IMG/VR virus record: IMGVR_UViG_3300018481_000019
Coordinates: 1 to 64,000 of that record
Length of the DNA: 64,000 nucleotides
Source: a virus
Direction: 5' to 3' (one strand)
Below are positions 9,637 through 19,982 of this stretch, piece by piece (the first letter of the stretch is position 1; every line of letters starts with the position of its first letter). Under the pieces are notes generated by a model that searched no databases, was not told where the DNA came from, and saw only the letters and a program-made list of their open reading frames with translations. The position numbers and the translations under genes are program-made.

Positions 9637-10958
9637 GGTTCGTCCACGATTACTTGGCAGGAGACACCGCTTCTCGTAATTCCGTCCGCGATCAGATCAA
9701 TTCCACCGTGCGGGGTACTCACCAGTCTGAAATCAAATTATGGACGACTGAATACAGTTCTGCCGCTTGGCGGGAGCACCCTTTGGTGGACGACACCGGA
9801 TGGAAGGAAGTCACTTACGAGATAATGAGCGGCGACATCTCCGAGCACTTGGGCGAAGCGATTGCCCGAGAAATGAGTTTCCAAGTTGCCTCTGAGTATT
9901 GGGACGATCCGCTCGACGCACTAGAAGAACTCTCGCCGTATCGAACGATGGTGGCGGCGGCTCGGGGAGTTCTCTTGCCACAAGGAAGGATTCTCTGGGT
10001 TCCGCTCGGGGTCTATCGGGTGTGGAGCGTGAGCACTGGCGGGAGCGGCGGTAGCACACAAATTTCGGTGCAGTCGTACAGCATGGAAGTCCAAGTGCGT
10101 GAGGCTCGGTTCATCAATACGCCGGTCGCCGGGACGGGGCCAAGTCATGTGGGGGCGACTTCCATTGGAGGCGTGATTCAAAAACTGCTCGACGCTGCGT
10201 TTCCGAAAGACGAGTTAGACGACTTCGTTCCCTATGACGTGGTGTCCGACGGACTCGGGATCGGGCCGGAGGACTACCTGTTTCCCGCCAAGACGATTCT
10301 CACCGACGACCGGGATCGGTTGGAACTGATTCTCCGGCTTCAGGACGACCGCAATGTGTGGGGGCGATTCGACCGGGCCAACCACTATCGAATCGACACC
10401 ATGCCCGTTCCCTCTGACGAGCCGGTTTCGTTTCCGGTCGATACTGGTGACAAGGGAGTCTTGGTTTCATACAGCAAAGAATTCACCAGGGACCACGTCT
10501 ACAACGCTGTGCTCTGTTTCGGGGAGTACGGGGCGACGACTGCGAATGCTCCGAAAAAGGCCGTTAGCTGGTTGGCGGTTGATGGGCCGGGGGTTCCCTT
10601 TTGGAATCCAGATTCACCGACTGCTTGGGATGGGCCATACGGCTACGTGCCGAGATTTCAAAGAGTGGACTTTCTCCCCAACAACGCTACCCAAGCAACT
10701 CAGATTGTTCGGAACACGGCAGAGTCGATCCTTGCCCGCTCTCTGGATTTCAAAGCCGGTATATCTTTTGATGCAGTTCCCAATCCGTTGTTGGAAGCTG
10801 GTGATGTGGTCGAAGTCCATTTCCCGACCGGGCTGAGGTTTGGGCAAACCGAGCCGGTGGTCGAACAGCACTTGATTACCAGTCTCAGTATCGGGCTTGG
10901 GGCGGACTCGTCCTTTTCGGCTGACACCATCGCCACCGTCATTCAGGATGCGACGTGA
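9633..10958 (+). CDS. Minor tail / baseplate hub protein (DUF5047-like)
   Basis: WVPLGVYRV, VYNAV, GPYGYVPRF, VPNPLLEAGDVV motifs and position. Confidence 0.75.
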   Translation: MRFVHDYLAGDTASRNSVRDQINSTVRGTHQSEIKLWTTEYSSAAWREHPLVDDTGWKEVTYEIMSGDISEHLGEAIAREMSFQVASEYWDDPLDALEELSPYRTMVAAARGVLLPQGRILWVPLGVYRVWSVSTGGSGGSTQISVQSYSMEVQVREARFINTPVAGTGPSHVGATSIGGVIQKLLDAAFPKDELDDFVPYDVVSDGLGIGPEDYLFPAKTILTDDRDRLELILRLQDDRNVWGRFDRANHYRIDTMPVPSDEPVSFPVDTGDKGVLVSYSKEFTRDHVYNAVLCFGEYGATTANAPKKAVSWLAVDGPGVPFWNPDSPTAWDGPYGYVPRFQRVDFLPNNATQATQIVRNTAESILARSLDFKAGISFDAVPNPLLEAGDVVEVHFPTGLRFGQTEPVVEQHLITSLSIGLGADSSFSADTIATVIQDAT

Positions 10959-12397
10959 GGGATTTCCTACCCAACGGTCGTAGAGCGCTGGTCGCAGAAC
11001 TCAATCGTCGCGACCGGCTTCCCTTTGTTGAGAGCGATCCGGTTCGGCTCCACGTCGGAACAGTGCTGGCGCTGGTCGATGGGAAGGCCACCGTCGAATT
11101 GCAGGGGCGGACCTTGGAGGAAGTCCCGCTGCACGGTGAAGCGGCGGTTGATGATGGGGTCTACGTCCTCTTCGCCGGGAACACCACTCTTGTAATCGGG
11201 CAGAGCGGCGGTGGCGCTCCGCCAGTGGTAGGTCCGTTCGGGGAAGTAACGGTGGCGGTTGCCGCTTCTGATGCCAACGCTATTTCCAAGTCGAAAGCTG
11301 ATTTGATCTGCGACGGCACTGACGATGATGTAACGATCCAAGCCGCCTTTACCATGCTCGGCACTCAGGGTGGCAAGGTGGTTCTTTCGGAAGGCCACTT
11401 CCACTTTGGGACCGTCGGGGTCACTACTCCCAATGTCAATTTCCATCTTCAGGGTGCGGGTCAGGGGGCAACTGAAATCATCTCTGACACCCTTGGCACC
11501 GCCTTTCTCATTCGCATTGGAACCAGTGTCAATGAGCAAAAGCAACAAATGGTTTCTGATCTGACGTTGCATGGAGCGGACAAGGCGGTCAGTGGGATCA
11601 CCACCATTCAAGCCGTGAATAACACGGTGAGGTTGGAGAATCTAGTTATCCATGACTTCACCAGTCACGGGGTCAACACACTGGCTCGCCCTGCCGGAGC
11701 ATGGAAGTTCAGACGGTGTCATTTCTACGCCAATGGTGGAGCGGGATCATCGGGCCGGGAAGCGAACGTCGATTACATCGACTGCATTTTTCAATCGAAT
11801 GCTGGTGGTGGACTCGGGATTCAACAAGACGGAGCCGGACACATCACCGACTGTCTCTTCTGGTCGAACACTGGAAACGGAATCAGTTCCGGTAACGCTA
11901 TCTCTCAGGGATTTTCAAATTTCATCATCTCAAACAACATCTTCCTGTCTAACACTGGTTGGGGCATCAACATTCAGGATGGGAACTACAACCAGATTTC
12001 CGACAACATCTTCTCGGGGAACACCAGCGGTTCGATCAGCTTTGGTGCTGGTGGGTTCGGTGTAGCTCACAACGGATTTGTAACCGGAAACAATCAGACC
12101 GGCACTGGAACCTTTGTCTCAATCTCGTCTGGCTCGGATGCTCACGTTGCCTGCAACGTAATCAACGGCGTGCTTTCAAATTGTGGTCCCGGTGTTGCGC
12201 CCACGCTTGGCTTCACGCACATACAGGCGGTGGCTTCCGCGCTTTGGACAATCAATCATCCTCTGACTTTTCAACCAAATGTTGCCGTTGTGGATTCAAC
12301 GGGTGAACAAGTAGAGGGAGAAGTGATCTATGTCGATTCTGACACAGTTACCGTCGGATTTTCAGCCGCATTTACCGGAACCGCATATCTCTCATAG
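10955..12397 (+). CDS. Tail protein with right-handed beta-helix (pectate-lyase-like, candidate depolymerase)
   Basis: ADLICDGTDDDVTIQAA..GGKVVLSEG.F followed by parallel beta-helix repeats (ISNNIFLSN, ISDNIFSGN); C-terminal WTINHPL..PNVAVVD domain. Confidence 0.8.
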   Translation: MRDFLPNGRRALVAELNRRDRLPFVESDPVRLHVGTVLALVDGKATVELQGRTLEEVPLHGEAAVDDGVYVLFAGNTTLVIGQSGGGAPPVVGPFGEVTVAVAASDANAISKSKADLICDGTDDDVTIQAAFTMLGTQGGKVVLSEGHFHFGTVGVTTPNVNFHLQGAGQGATEIISDTLGTAFLIRIGTSVNEQKQQMVSDLTLHGADKAVSGITTIQAVNNTVRLENLVIHDFTSHGVNTLARPAGAWKFRRCHFYANGGAGSSGREANVDYIDCIFQSNAGGGLGIQQDGAGHITDCLFWSNTGNGISSGNAISQGFSNFIISNNIFLSNTGWGINIQDGNYNQISDNIFSGNTSGSISFGAGGFGVAHNGFVTGNNQTGTGTFVSISSGSDAHVACNVINGVLSNCGPGVAPTLGFTHIQAVASALWTINHPLTFQPNVAVVDSTGEQVEGEVIYVDSDTVTVGFSAAFTGTAYLS

Positions 12398-12406
12398 GAG
12401 CACTAC

Positions 12407-13771
12407 ATGAGTCGGAAGTTTCTCACCCACATTGACCTTGCCAAGAACGAGATTCAAAACGGGGTGGCTCAGAACTTGGCGGCGGCTCCATCGTCTCCGG
12501 TCAAGGGCCAGTTCTATTTCAACAGCACTGACAATATCTGGTACTGGTGGGATGGGACTGTTTGGAATCCGGCTAAGTCGGGCGCTCCCGCTTTTGGAAA
12601 CGTCGTTCCAGAATCCACGTTCGGTGGAGCGTCGGCTAACGGCGTACTAAGTACCGTTTCTCGTTCCGATCATGCTCACGGAAATCCGGCCCACGATGCG
12701 GCGGCTCACTCGGCAATTCCACTCTCGGCACTGGCGGCGGCTACTGCCACGATCAACATGGGTGGGTTTCGGATCACCAATGTCGGTGCGCCGACCGCTG
12801 GCACCGATGCCACCACCAAGGACTACGTAGACAATCTCGCCGCGGGCTTGGCCTGGAAGGACTCGGTTCGGGCGGCGACCACCGCCAACATCACCCTCTC
12901 GGCTCCGCAGACCATCGACGGAGTCGCCGTGATCGCCGGGGATCGGGTGCTGGTCAAGAACCAGACCACTCCATCTCAGAACGGTATTTACATCGTCGCC
13001 GCTGGTGCTTGGACCCGAGCCACCGATGCTGATTCTGAGGCGGAATTGCTTAGTTCCACCGTGTTCGTTCAGGAGGGAACTACTCAGGCTGATACGGCCT
13101 GGACAATGACCGCCAACGCGCCGATCACGGTGAACACCACCGCTCTGCCGTGGGTGCAATTCGGTGGGGCGGACATCTACACCGCTGGCGCTGGCATGAC
13201 ACAGACCGGCAATGTCTTCGATGTGATCGCGGGCAATGGATCGCTGGTCGTCTCTGCCGATTCGATGGTGGTCGGCTACTCCGCTTCCGGTGGCGATGCT
13301 GGATCGTCTCTGCTTCCCGCTCGGGGCGATCACGCACACGGAGCGACCTATGTGCCGCTGGCTCGGACCATCACCACCAATGCTCCGTTGACTGGCGGCG
13401 GGCCGCTGTCCGCCAACTTGACGCTCGACGTTTCGACCTTCACATCGGGTGCTCGGGGCGTGGTCCCGGCTTCCGGCGGGTCGGCTAGCCAGTTCTTGTC
13501 GGCGGACGGTTCTTGGAAAGCGGTTCCTCTCGACACCACGGCGGGCGACATTCGCTACGGACGCAAGTTCAGCCAAGCCGTCGGTGGTGCAGTCTCGGTG
13601 GCGGTGACACACAATTTCAACACCCGAGATGTAGAGGTTCAGGTCTATCGGGTTGCTGCTCCCTATGACACGGTCGAATGCGATGAAGAGCGCACCGATG
13701 CCAACACCGTCACGCTCCGCTTCACCACCGCTCCCGCCGCTGGCGAGTATCGGGTGGTCGTAATCGGGTGA
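12407..13771 (+). CDS. Tail fibre / virion structural protein
   Basis: [43 protein letters not shown]...NGIY motif; C-terminal [10 protein letters not shown] domain. Confidence 0.8.
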   Translation: MSRKFLTHIDLAKNEIQNGVAQNLAAAPSSPVKGQFYFNSTDNIWYWWDGTVWNPAKSGAPAFGNVVPESTFGGASANGVLSTVSRSDHAHGNPAHDAAAHSAIPLSALAAATATINMGGFRITNVGAPTAGTDATTKDYVDNLAAGLAWKDSVRAATTANITLSAPQTIDGVAVIAGDRVLVKNQTTPSQNGIYIVAAGAWTRATDADSEAELLSSTVFVQEGTTQADTAWTMTANAPITVNTTALPWVQFGGADIYTAGAGMTQTGNVFDVIAGNGSLVVSADSMVVGYSASGGDAGSSLLPARGDHAHGATYVPLARTITTNAPLTGGGPLSANLTLDVSTFTSGARGVVPASGGSASQFLSADGSWKAVPLDTTAGDIRYGRKFSQAVGGAVSVAVTHNFNTRDVEVQVYRVAAPYDTVECDEERTDANTVTLRFTTAPAAGEYRVVVIG

Positions 13772-14985
13772 GTCGGAATTCTCTGACTCCGGTTGTTCTT
13801 CCCGCCTATCCAGTGGCGGCGATGGAGGCAACGCCTAAGCAGTACGTCGATGAACAGATCGCGGCGGTCGAACTCATGCCTGGTCCCGAAGGACCGGCAG
13901 GGCCAGAGGGTCCACAAGGCGATCCTGGGCCGCAGGGAGCAACCGGGAGTACCGGGGCTGACGGTCCCGAAGGTCCGATTGGTCCGATAGGGCCGGAAGG
14001 ACTTCAGGGACCAGAAGGACCGGAAGGGCCAGCGGGACCGCAAGGCGATCCCGGTCCCGAAGGCCCGCAAGGTCCGGCGGGAGAAGTTCCCGCTGGAACC
14101 TATTTGGAGTTGGCGGGCGGGACCATGACCGGCGACATCATCCTCGCCAGTGATCCCGATGCTCCAATGGAACCAGCGACCAAGCAGTACGTCGATGGGC
14201 TGATGGAAGAGGCCGGTGTCCCTCACATCATTGATGAAGCCGAGCCAGTCGATCCGCCAGATGGATTGCTCTGGACTCACCCAACGGAAGACGCAACGGT
14301 TCCGGTCATGGTTCCTATTGGGTCGATCATCATGTGGGCGGGTGATGCCTCTAATGTCCCGATTGGGTGGCTGCTTTGTGACGGCTCCCCACTTGATCCG
14401 GTGGCTTATCCCGACTTGACGACTCTGCTCGGAAGCGCCTTCGGAGTGACACCAGCGCCGAACGGCTATCCGGTCGGGACCACGCTGCTTCCCGATATGC
14501 GGGATCGGTTTGTGGTCGGGGCCGGGACCACCTACTCACGGAACTCTCAGGGTGGATCGGTCAACGTCGGACAGCACTCTCACGCCATGCCTCATACCCA
14601 TGACGTGAATCCGCCGAACACCGAAACGACTGGCGATTCGGTGACTCACACCCACACCATGACCGACCACACGCACACAATGGCTCACACCCATGCCATT
14701 GCCGGGTCGTTCATCTCTGATGTGTCTGCCACCGGATCGGCGGCTCGCTTTAGGAGCACTGGCTCGTTTCCGACTGAAGGCTCGTCGGCAGCGAACACCG
14801 GGAATCCGACCAACCCGCAGACTGGCGGTCGTTCAGCAGGCCACACTCACGATGTAAATATCGGACAGTTTGAGTCTTTGGGAACGAACACAGCCAGCAC
14901 TTCCAACAACGCTACGGCGGGACCGGCTAACGACAATCGGCCTCCCTACATCGGCCTTTTCTACATCATCAAGGCAGGCCCGTAA
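13768..14985 (+). CDS. Collagen-repeat tail fibre with tail-collar domain and His-rich tip
   Basis: (GPE/GPQ)n repeats; collar [18 protein letters not shown]...LPDMRDRF; HxH repeats; [12 protein letters not shown] end. Confidence 0.85.
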   Translation: MSRNSLTPVVLPAYPVAAMEATPKQYVDEQIAAVELMPGPEGPAGPEGPQGDPGPQGATGSTGADGPEGPIGPIGPEGLQGPEGPEGPAGPQGDPGPEGPQGPAGEVPAGTYLELAGGTMTGDIILASDPDAPMEPATKQYVDGLMEEAGVPHIIDEAEPVDPPDGLLWTHPTEDATVPVMVPIGSIIMWAGDASNVPIGWLLCDGSPLDPVAYPDLTTLLGSAFGVTPAPNGYPVGTTLLPDMRDRFVVGAGTTYSRNSQGGSVNVGQHSHAMPHTHDVNPPNTETTGDSVTHTHTMTDHTHTMAHTHAIAGSFISDVSATGSAARFRSTGSFPTEGSSAANTGNPTNPQTGGRSAGHTHDVNIGQFESLGTNTASTSNNATAGPANDNRPPYIGLFYIIKAGP

Positions 14986-15989
14986 TGGCAGTGACAAGAA
15001 TTTGGGACGCGGATAACGGGGCATGGCGACTCGTCGGCGGGACGGTTGGAGCAGAAGCATCGGGAGCGGGGCTGTACCTCCCCGTTTCGGGCGGGACCAT
15101 GACCGGCCCCCTGCTTTTGGAAACCAATCCTGTTGCGCCGGAGCAGGCAGCGACCAAGGCGTATGTTGATTCGGTTGCGGGCGGCGGTGGTGGGGCGCTT
15201 CCCACCGGATTGATTTCAGCCTTTGGCGGTGACACTCCGCCAACGGGTTTTCTCATGTGTGACGGCTCTTTGGTTTCCCGAACCACCTATGCCACTTTGT
15301 TCTCCGTGATCGGGACCGCGTATGGGGTGGGTGATGGTTCGTCTACCTTTGGACTTCCTGATCTTCGCCAGCGATTTCCTCTTGGTAAAGCGGTATCGGG
15401 AACCGGAGCAGTTCTTGGTGTAACAGGCGGTTTCATTGACCACGACCACACCGGACCATCCCATACTCATACCGGCCCGAGCCACACCCACACCGGCCCG
15501 AGCCACACCCACGATCTAGGAAACTCAACTTCCAGCGGGGCGACCACTTCGACGGCGGCGGGGAGTCACGGTCATGGCAGGGCAGCGTTCAACACTTCAT
15601 CCGATTCCCACGCCCACACCTTCTCCGACTCCGGTACTGATTCGTTTGGAACTGGCGGGCCGAGTAACTCGGTGGGGAGCCTTGCGGGTGGCGGTTCCGC
15701 CTCCGCTGGCGGTCTGACTCACACCCACTCCGGCTCGGTATCAGTCTCAGTTAGCGGCACCACTTCATCGGATAGCCACGCCCACTCCATTCCGGCGTTC
15801 AACACCGATGTTGAGGCGGCACACAGTCATTCCAACCCGGCTCACGTTCACGATCTGGGATCATCGGTGGCGGCAGGGACCGGAGCAACGGGAGCAGGAG
15901 GAACCGGAGCAACGGGAGCAGGAGGAACCGGACTAACCGGGCAAAGGAATCCTCCCTTCCAGACCGTCAATTTCATCATCAAGACATAG
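14985..15989 (+). CDS. Tail-collar tail fibre protein with His-rich tip
   Basis: PTGLISAFGG..PTGFLMCDG..VSRTTYATLFSVIGT.YG.GDGSSTF.LPDLR; (GPSHTHT)n; PPFQTVNFIIKT end. Confidence 0.88.
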   Translation: MAVTRIWDADNGAWRLVGGTVGAEASGAGLYLPVSGGTMTGPLLLETNPVAPEQAATKAYVDSVAGGGGGALPTGLISAFGGDTPPTGFLMCDGSLVSRTTYATLFSVIGTAYGVGDGSSTFGLPDLRQRFPLGKAVSGTGAVLGVTGGFIDHDHTGPSHTHTGPSHTHTGPSHTHDLGNSTSSGATTSTAAGSHGHGRAAFNTSSDSHAHTFSDSGTDSFGTGGPSNSVGSLAGGGSASAGGLTHTHSGSVSVSVSGTTSSDSHAHSIPAFNTDVEAAHSHSNPAHVHDLGSSVAAGTGATGAGGTGATGAGGTGLTGQRNPPFQTVNFIIKT

Positions 15990-15997
15990 GAGGAATC

Positions 15998-16192
15998 ATG
16001 GACGAAGACCGAGTTGTCGATGGAGAAGTCTCAGCACCGGATACCGTGTTGGAAGGATTGGTCAAAGAGAACCAGCTTTTCAAAAGTTGGATCATCGGAC
16101 TTGTGACCAATTGCGAAGGTTGCACCGAAGAGGCGACCAGATGGGTTGAGTCGATGGAGCCGATAAAGCAGTTCGGACATCCCGAGTCGTGA
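15998..16192 (+). CDS. Hypothetical protein
   Basis: AGGAGG RBS, 64 aa, CxxC. Confidence 0.6.
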   Translation: MDEDRVVDGEVSAPDTVLEGLVKENQLFKSWIIGLVTNCEGCTEEATRWVESMEPIKQFGHPES

Positions 16193-16461
16193 AAGACTTT
16201 TTGAATTCCAGATCGGTCGTAGAAGTAATGACCCTGGTTTTCACGTTCTTGATCGCGTTCGTGATCGTGTTCTCGGCAGTCACGGTGGTTGTTTCAGAAA
16301 TCATCAATCCAGAGGGCGACACCACTCAGGTCATTGACGGGTTGACTTCGATCATCACCGGAATCCTGGGTGCGCTACTTGGATTGCTGGCAGGCAAGTC
16401 GGAAGCGGTGAACACGAAACCCCCTCCGCCCGATATTGAAACTCATGTGGAGCCAATATGA
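16189..16461 (+). CDS. Two-TM membrane protein (holin candidate)
   Basis: Two hydrophobic segments, GTGA overlap. Confidence 0.55.
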   Translation: MKDFLNSRSVVEVMTLVFTFLIAFVIVFSAVTVVVSEIINPEGDTTQVIDGLTSIITGILGALLGLLAGKSEAVNTKPPPPDIETHVEPI

Positions 16462-17060
16462 CAGCCACCCGAGCAATCAGTTTCTTGTCGCTGCTCTGTG
16501 CAGGAGTGATCGTCGCTTTGCTCGGGCTATATACCTACCAAGCGATTGCCCAATCCCCGACTGAAGCCCAGGCTCCCATCACTGAAACGACGACCACTGC
16601 CACTAGCAATACGGCAAGCACGACTTCCAGCACGATTCTCACAGGCACGACGGGGATTGATAGCAGCACCACCACGGCACCGTCCACTTTCCTGCAAGGC
16701 CCAATGGGTCCAGCGGGACCACAAGGCGAGACGGGGCCACAAGGACCGGCAGGACCGTCCGGGCCACAGGGCGAGCCGGGGCCAAGAGGGGCGACGGGTG
16801 CGACCGGAGAAACGGGTCTATCGGGCGATGATGGGGCAATCGGCCCGCAAGGTGAAGTAGGCCCGCCGGGGCAACCGGGACCGGCAGGCCCGACCGGGGA
16901 ACAAGGACCGGCGGGACCGACGGGACCGCAAGGTGAAACGGGAGCGCAAGGTCCGCCGGGTGTCGGTTGCCCGCCGGGATTCTCACTGGTTGCGGTTGGC
17001 GTTCACCAGCGAGTGCCAGTCGATCAAGACCTCACCATCTATGTTTGCGCTCTCGGGTAA
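16458..17060 (+). CDS. Membrane-anchored or secreted Thr-rich collagen-like protein
   Basis: N-terminal hydrophobic helix, Thr/Ser linker, about 30 Gly-X-Y triplets, C-terminal CPPGF...VC. Confidence 0.75.
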   Translation: MTATRAISFLSLLCAGVIVALLGLYTYQAIAQSPTEAQAPITETTTTATSNTASTTSSTILTGTTGIDSSTTTAPSTFLQGPMGPAGPQGETGPQGPAGPSGPQGEPGPRGATGATGETGLSGDDGAIGPQGEVGPPGQPGPAGPTGEQGPAGPTGPQGETGAQGPPGVGCPPGFSLVAVGVHQRVPVDQDLTIYVCALG

Positions 17061-17237
17061 AGGACGTTCGATGATCGACGGAGCGGTTCGACCGTCGGGC
17101 GGAAGCCGAATCGGTTCAATGTCGGCAAGGATCAGTGTGAGCAAAATCAGCCAAACAACAGCCACCACCACAGCCAGGACGCTTCTCATGGGTTATGGTG
17201 CAGTGAACGACGACAAGCTGGCAGGAGGGTAAACGCT

Positions 17238-17393
17238 GTGTGGGGTGAAAACGATCTGGACAAGGAACCAACTCAGCCGGTAGAAGAGGAAGAGCCGGAG
17301 CCTGTACCCGAGCCTCACCCACCAGAACCAGACGACTTTGATGAAGACCCGGAGCCGTCCGAACCCGACGCTCAGGACGAAGAGGAAGAGTGA
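17238..17393 (+). CDS. Small acidic Pro/Glu-rich protein (51 aa, not in ORF track)
   Basis: GGAGG RBS, GTG start, MWGENDLDKEPTQPVEEEEPEP... Confidence 0.5.
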   Translation: MWGENDLDKEPTQPVEEEEPEPVPEPHPPEPDDFDEDPEPSEPDAQDEEEE

Positions 17394-17396
17394 CTC

Positions 17397-17486
17397 ATGG
17401 TTATCAATCTCGACTCCATTCTGAAGATCGTCGCAATTGTCGCTCTGATCTTGGCGAGCATTTGGCTCGCCGTCACTATTTGGTAA
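17397..17486 (+). CDS. Small TM peptide (29 aa)
   Basis: MVINLDSILKIVAIVALILASIWLAVTIW, purine-rich RBS. Confidence 0.45.
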   Translation: MVINLDSILKIVAIVALILASIWLAVTIW

Positions 17487-17595
17487 TCGCTATCTGACAA
17501 AAGCGGTGGCTATGCTCATCGCCAGACCGTCCTAGACCTTGACTCCGATCTGACCGCTGACTCACGGAACGCTCGGAGAAGGGACAGGATTCAGA

Positions 17596-18342
17596 ATGGT
17601 CATGCTTCACAACACGGTCGTAGATGCTCCCGACCTACTTGCCACGAAGCACAATCTCATGGACACGGGATTCAAGGACGTTCCCCAGGATCGGTGGGAG
17701 AACGGGATCACTTTCAACCCGCAGGGTTGTTTCAACGTATTCGCGATGGAAGTGGATTGTCCGCCCGAGCTAAAGGACGAACCCGACCAAGAGTGTCCCG
17801 ATGCCGTCACCTTCCTTCCCTTCATTGTGGAATTTGGTGTCTCGTACATGGGCCATGAGGAAGAGGGCGAGCTAGAAAGCGAGTTACGGGCCAAGACTTC
17901 CGCCGCAGTCGAAAGAGCGATTTGGAGTGGAGTCACAGTGGGAACTTCGACCAATCCCAAGCTCAGTGACGGGGATGCGCCAACTCCCACCGCTACCGCT
18001 CCCCGAGAGATGCTTGCGGTTCTGGAAGCCGAGCTTTACGAAACCGGGATGCAGGGCGGCACCATTCACATGAGCGTTTTCGACGCGGTCATGGCTGAAG
18101 GCGCAATGGATGAAGTCAACGGCAAGCTCTTTTCAAAAGTCACCGGGAACCCGGTTGTAGTCGGTAACTATCCGAAGGGATCGGCTGCAATTCACGGTGG
18201 AGAAATTGACGTGTATGCCTCTGAGGAATTCACGTTCGCTTCCTATGAGGATCGTCAACAGAATCGAATCATCTACAAGGTGGAGCGACTAGTGCTCGCC
18301 GTGTGGAACCCCTGCCATGTTTTCAAAATCGCCGGAGCATGA
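17596..18342 (+). CDS. Capsid-associated protein, likely cluster-B-type major capsid pentamer protein
   Basis: RWENGITF..GC, PFIV, AVERAIWSG, G.IH, GNPVVVG.Y, ERLVLAVW.PC pattern recalled from cluster B-like pentamer proteins. Confidence 0.6.
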   Translation: MVMLHNTVVDAPDLLATKHNLMDTGFKDVPQDRWENGITFNPQGCFNVFAMEVDCPPELKDEPDQECPDAVTFLPFIVEFGVSYMGHEEEGELESELRAKTSAAVERAIWSGVTVGTSTNPKLSDGDAPTPTATAPREMLAVLEAELYETGMQGGTIHMSVFDAVMAEGAMDEVNGKLFSKVTGNPVVVGNYPKGSAAIHGGEIDVYASEEFTFASYEDRQQNRIIYKVERLVLAVWNPCHVFKIAGA

Positions 18343-19982
18343 AGTTTTTTGACGAGAACGGTGGGCGAACACCGCCGCCGGTCAATGCTCACCGAGCGAT
18401 GCAGGGTGCAGCCAAGGTGCTCGACCTCACCAAAGCTCGGGATGAAGCCCGCCGACCGGAGGCATGGCAGACGGCGGCGTGGCAGTTCTACGACGCAATC
18501 GGTGAGCTTCACTTCGCGTTCAATCTGATCGGGCAAGTGCTCTCTCGGATTCGGCTCTATGTGGCGATAGCCGATGATCCCGACACCGCTCCGATTCGGA
18601 GCACCACCTTTGTCGAAACGCTTTCCGAAGAGCATGACGTGTGGCCCGAGAACACGGCGACGATTGTGGAGAAGGCCGACGACGTTTTGGAAGACCTGAT
18701 TATCAATTCGCCGGGGCAGGGCGGGGGCTTGCTCCGTGAACTAGGGATCAATCTCTCGGTGACGGGTGAGGGCTACTTGGTTCGCGAAAAGCAATGGTCG
18801 ATTGCCTCCACCGACGAATTGAAAAAGTCGGACACTGGCACCGGCTACGTGATTCAAAAATCCCGCAAAGCCAGTTCGGTCAACGGAGCCGAAGACAAGA
18901 CCAACCTTCCGGCGAACGCCTTTGTCGCTCGCATCTGGCGACCACACCCCCGCTACTCGGCTGAAGCCGATTCCTCCATGATCGGTGTGCTGGATTCGTG
19001 CGAACAGTTGATGCTTTTGGAACAGGCGATTCGGATGATGACACGCTCCCGCATGAATGCCGGAGTGATCTTCATTCCCGATGGATTGAGCGCCGGGATA
19101 GACGACGACAACCCAGAGAGTGTCGAAGAGGCACTAATCAACGCCGCTATCTCCCCGCTGGAAGAGGAATCGGCAGCGACATCGGTGGTGCCGCTGGTGG
19201 TCACTGGTCCGGCGGCTCTCGGCAAGGAATTGAAAAAGATCGACCTTGGCAGGCCGGTTGACGAGCAGATGGTTCAGCTAGCCGAAACCACTTTGGACCG
19301 GATTCTGCAAGGGATCGACGTTCCGAAATCGGTGGTGCAGGGCTTGTCCGATGTCAAGTTCGCCAACGCGATCATCATTGACGACAACCTCTACCGGGCG
19401 CACATCGAACCGCTGGCGCTGATGATTGTCGATGCGCTCACGACGGTCTATCTCCGTCCGGTTTTGAAAAAGCAGTTCCCCGAAGAGGTCGCGAAAGACC
19501 AGACCATCTTGAACCGTCTGATGGTTTGGTTCGATCCGAGTGCCATTGTCACCCGACCGGACAAGAGCACGGCAGCGAATGAGGGCTACGACCGAAACAT
19601 TCTTTCTGAAAAGGCGTGGCGGGTGGCTCGGGGCTTCAGCGAATACGACGCGCCGACTGAAGACGAGCTTCTCACCAAAATGGCTCTGACTCGGACCCAG
19701 ATTCCGCCCGACATCACTGCCGCTCTGATCGAACGACTAGCTCCCGATTTCTTCGCATCGCTCCGAGAGGCAGGCCAAGAGGAAGCCGGTATCCCCGACG
19801 ACATCTCGTCGCTTCTGGAAGGCGGGACGGTCAATGAAGAGGGCGTGAGTGGGATGGACGAACTCGGGGCGATGTTCCAATCCGAGACACAGCCCGCCGG
19901 TGGCCTCAGTCCAAGCGATGAAGCCATGCAGGGCGGGGAAGTTCAACCGGGAGGAAATCTCCCACCAAGGGGTAGGCCGTGA
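18339..19982 (+). CDS. Portal protein (cluster-B-like)
   Basis: WQTAAWQFYDAIGELHFA..LSRIRL, LSVTGEGYL, RIWRPHPR...ADS; ATGA overlap with the upstream gene. Confidence 0.85.
   Translation: MKFFDENGGRTPPPVNAHRAMQGAAKVLDLTKARDEARRPEAWQTAAWQFYDAIGELHFAFNLIGQVLSRIRLYVAIADDPDTAPIRSTTFVETLSEEHDVWPENTATIVEKADDVLEDLIINSPGQGGGLLRELGINLSVTGEGYLVREKQWSIASTDELKKSDTGTGYVIQKSRKASSVNGAEDKTNLPANAFVARIWRPHPRYSAEADSSMIGVLDSCEQLMLLEQAIRMMTRSRMNAGVIFIPDGLSAGIDDDNPESVEEALINAAISPLEEESAATSVVPLVVTGPAALGKELKKIDLGRPVDEQMVQLAETTLDRILQGIDVPKSVVQGLSDVKFANAIIIDDNLYRAHIEPLALMIVDALTTVYLRPVLKKQFPEEVAKDQTILNRLMVWFDPSAIVTRPDKSTAANEGYDRNILSEKAWRVARGFSEYDAPTEDELLTKMALTRTQIPPDITAALIERLAPDFFASLREAGQEEAGIPDDISSLLEGGTVNEEGVSGMDELGAMFQSETQPAGGLSPSDEAMQGGEVQPGGNLPPRGRP

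Noticed and set aside
12647-13831. 394-aa minus-strand ORF and similar long antisense ORFs (7597, 8770, 23232, 26787, 60262)
   Set aside because: They lie opposite well-supported genes and have shadow-frame composition
13880-16965. Collagen and His-rich repeats as diversity-generating retroelement TR/VR
   Set aside because: No reverse transcriptase and no adenine-specific repeat pair seen; explained by protein repeats
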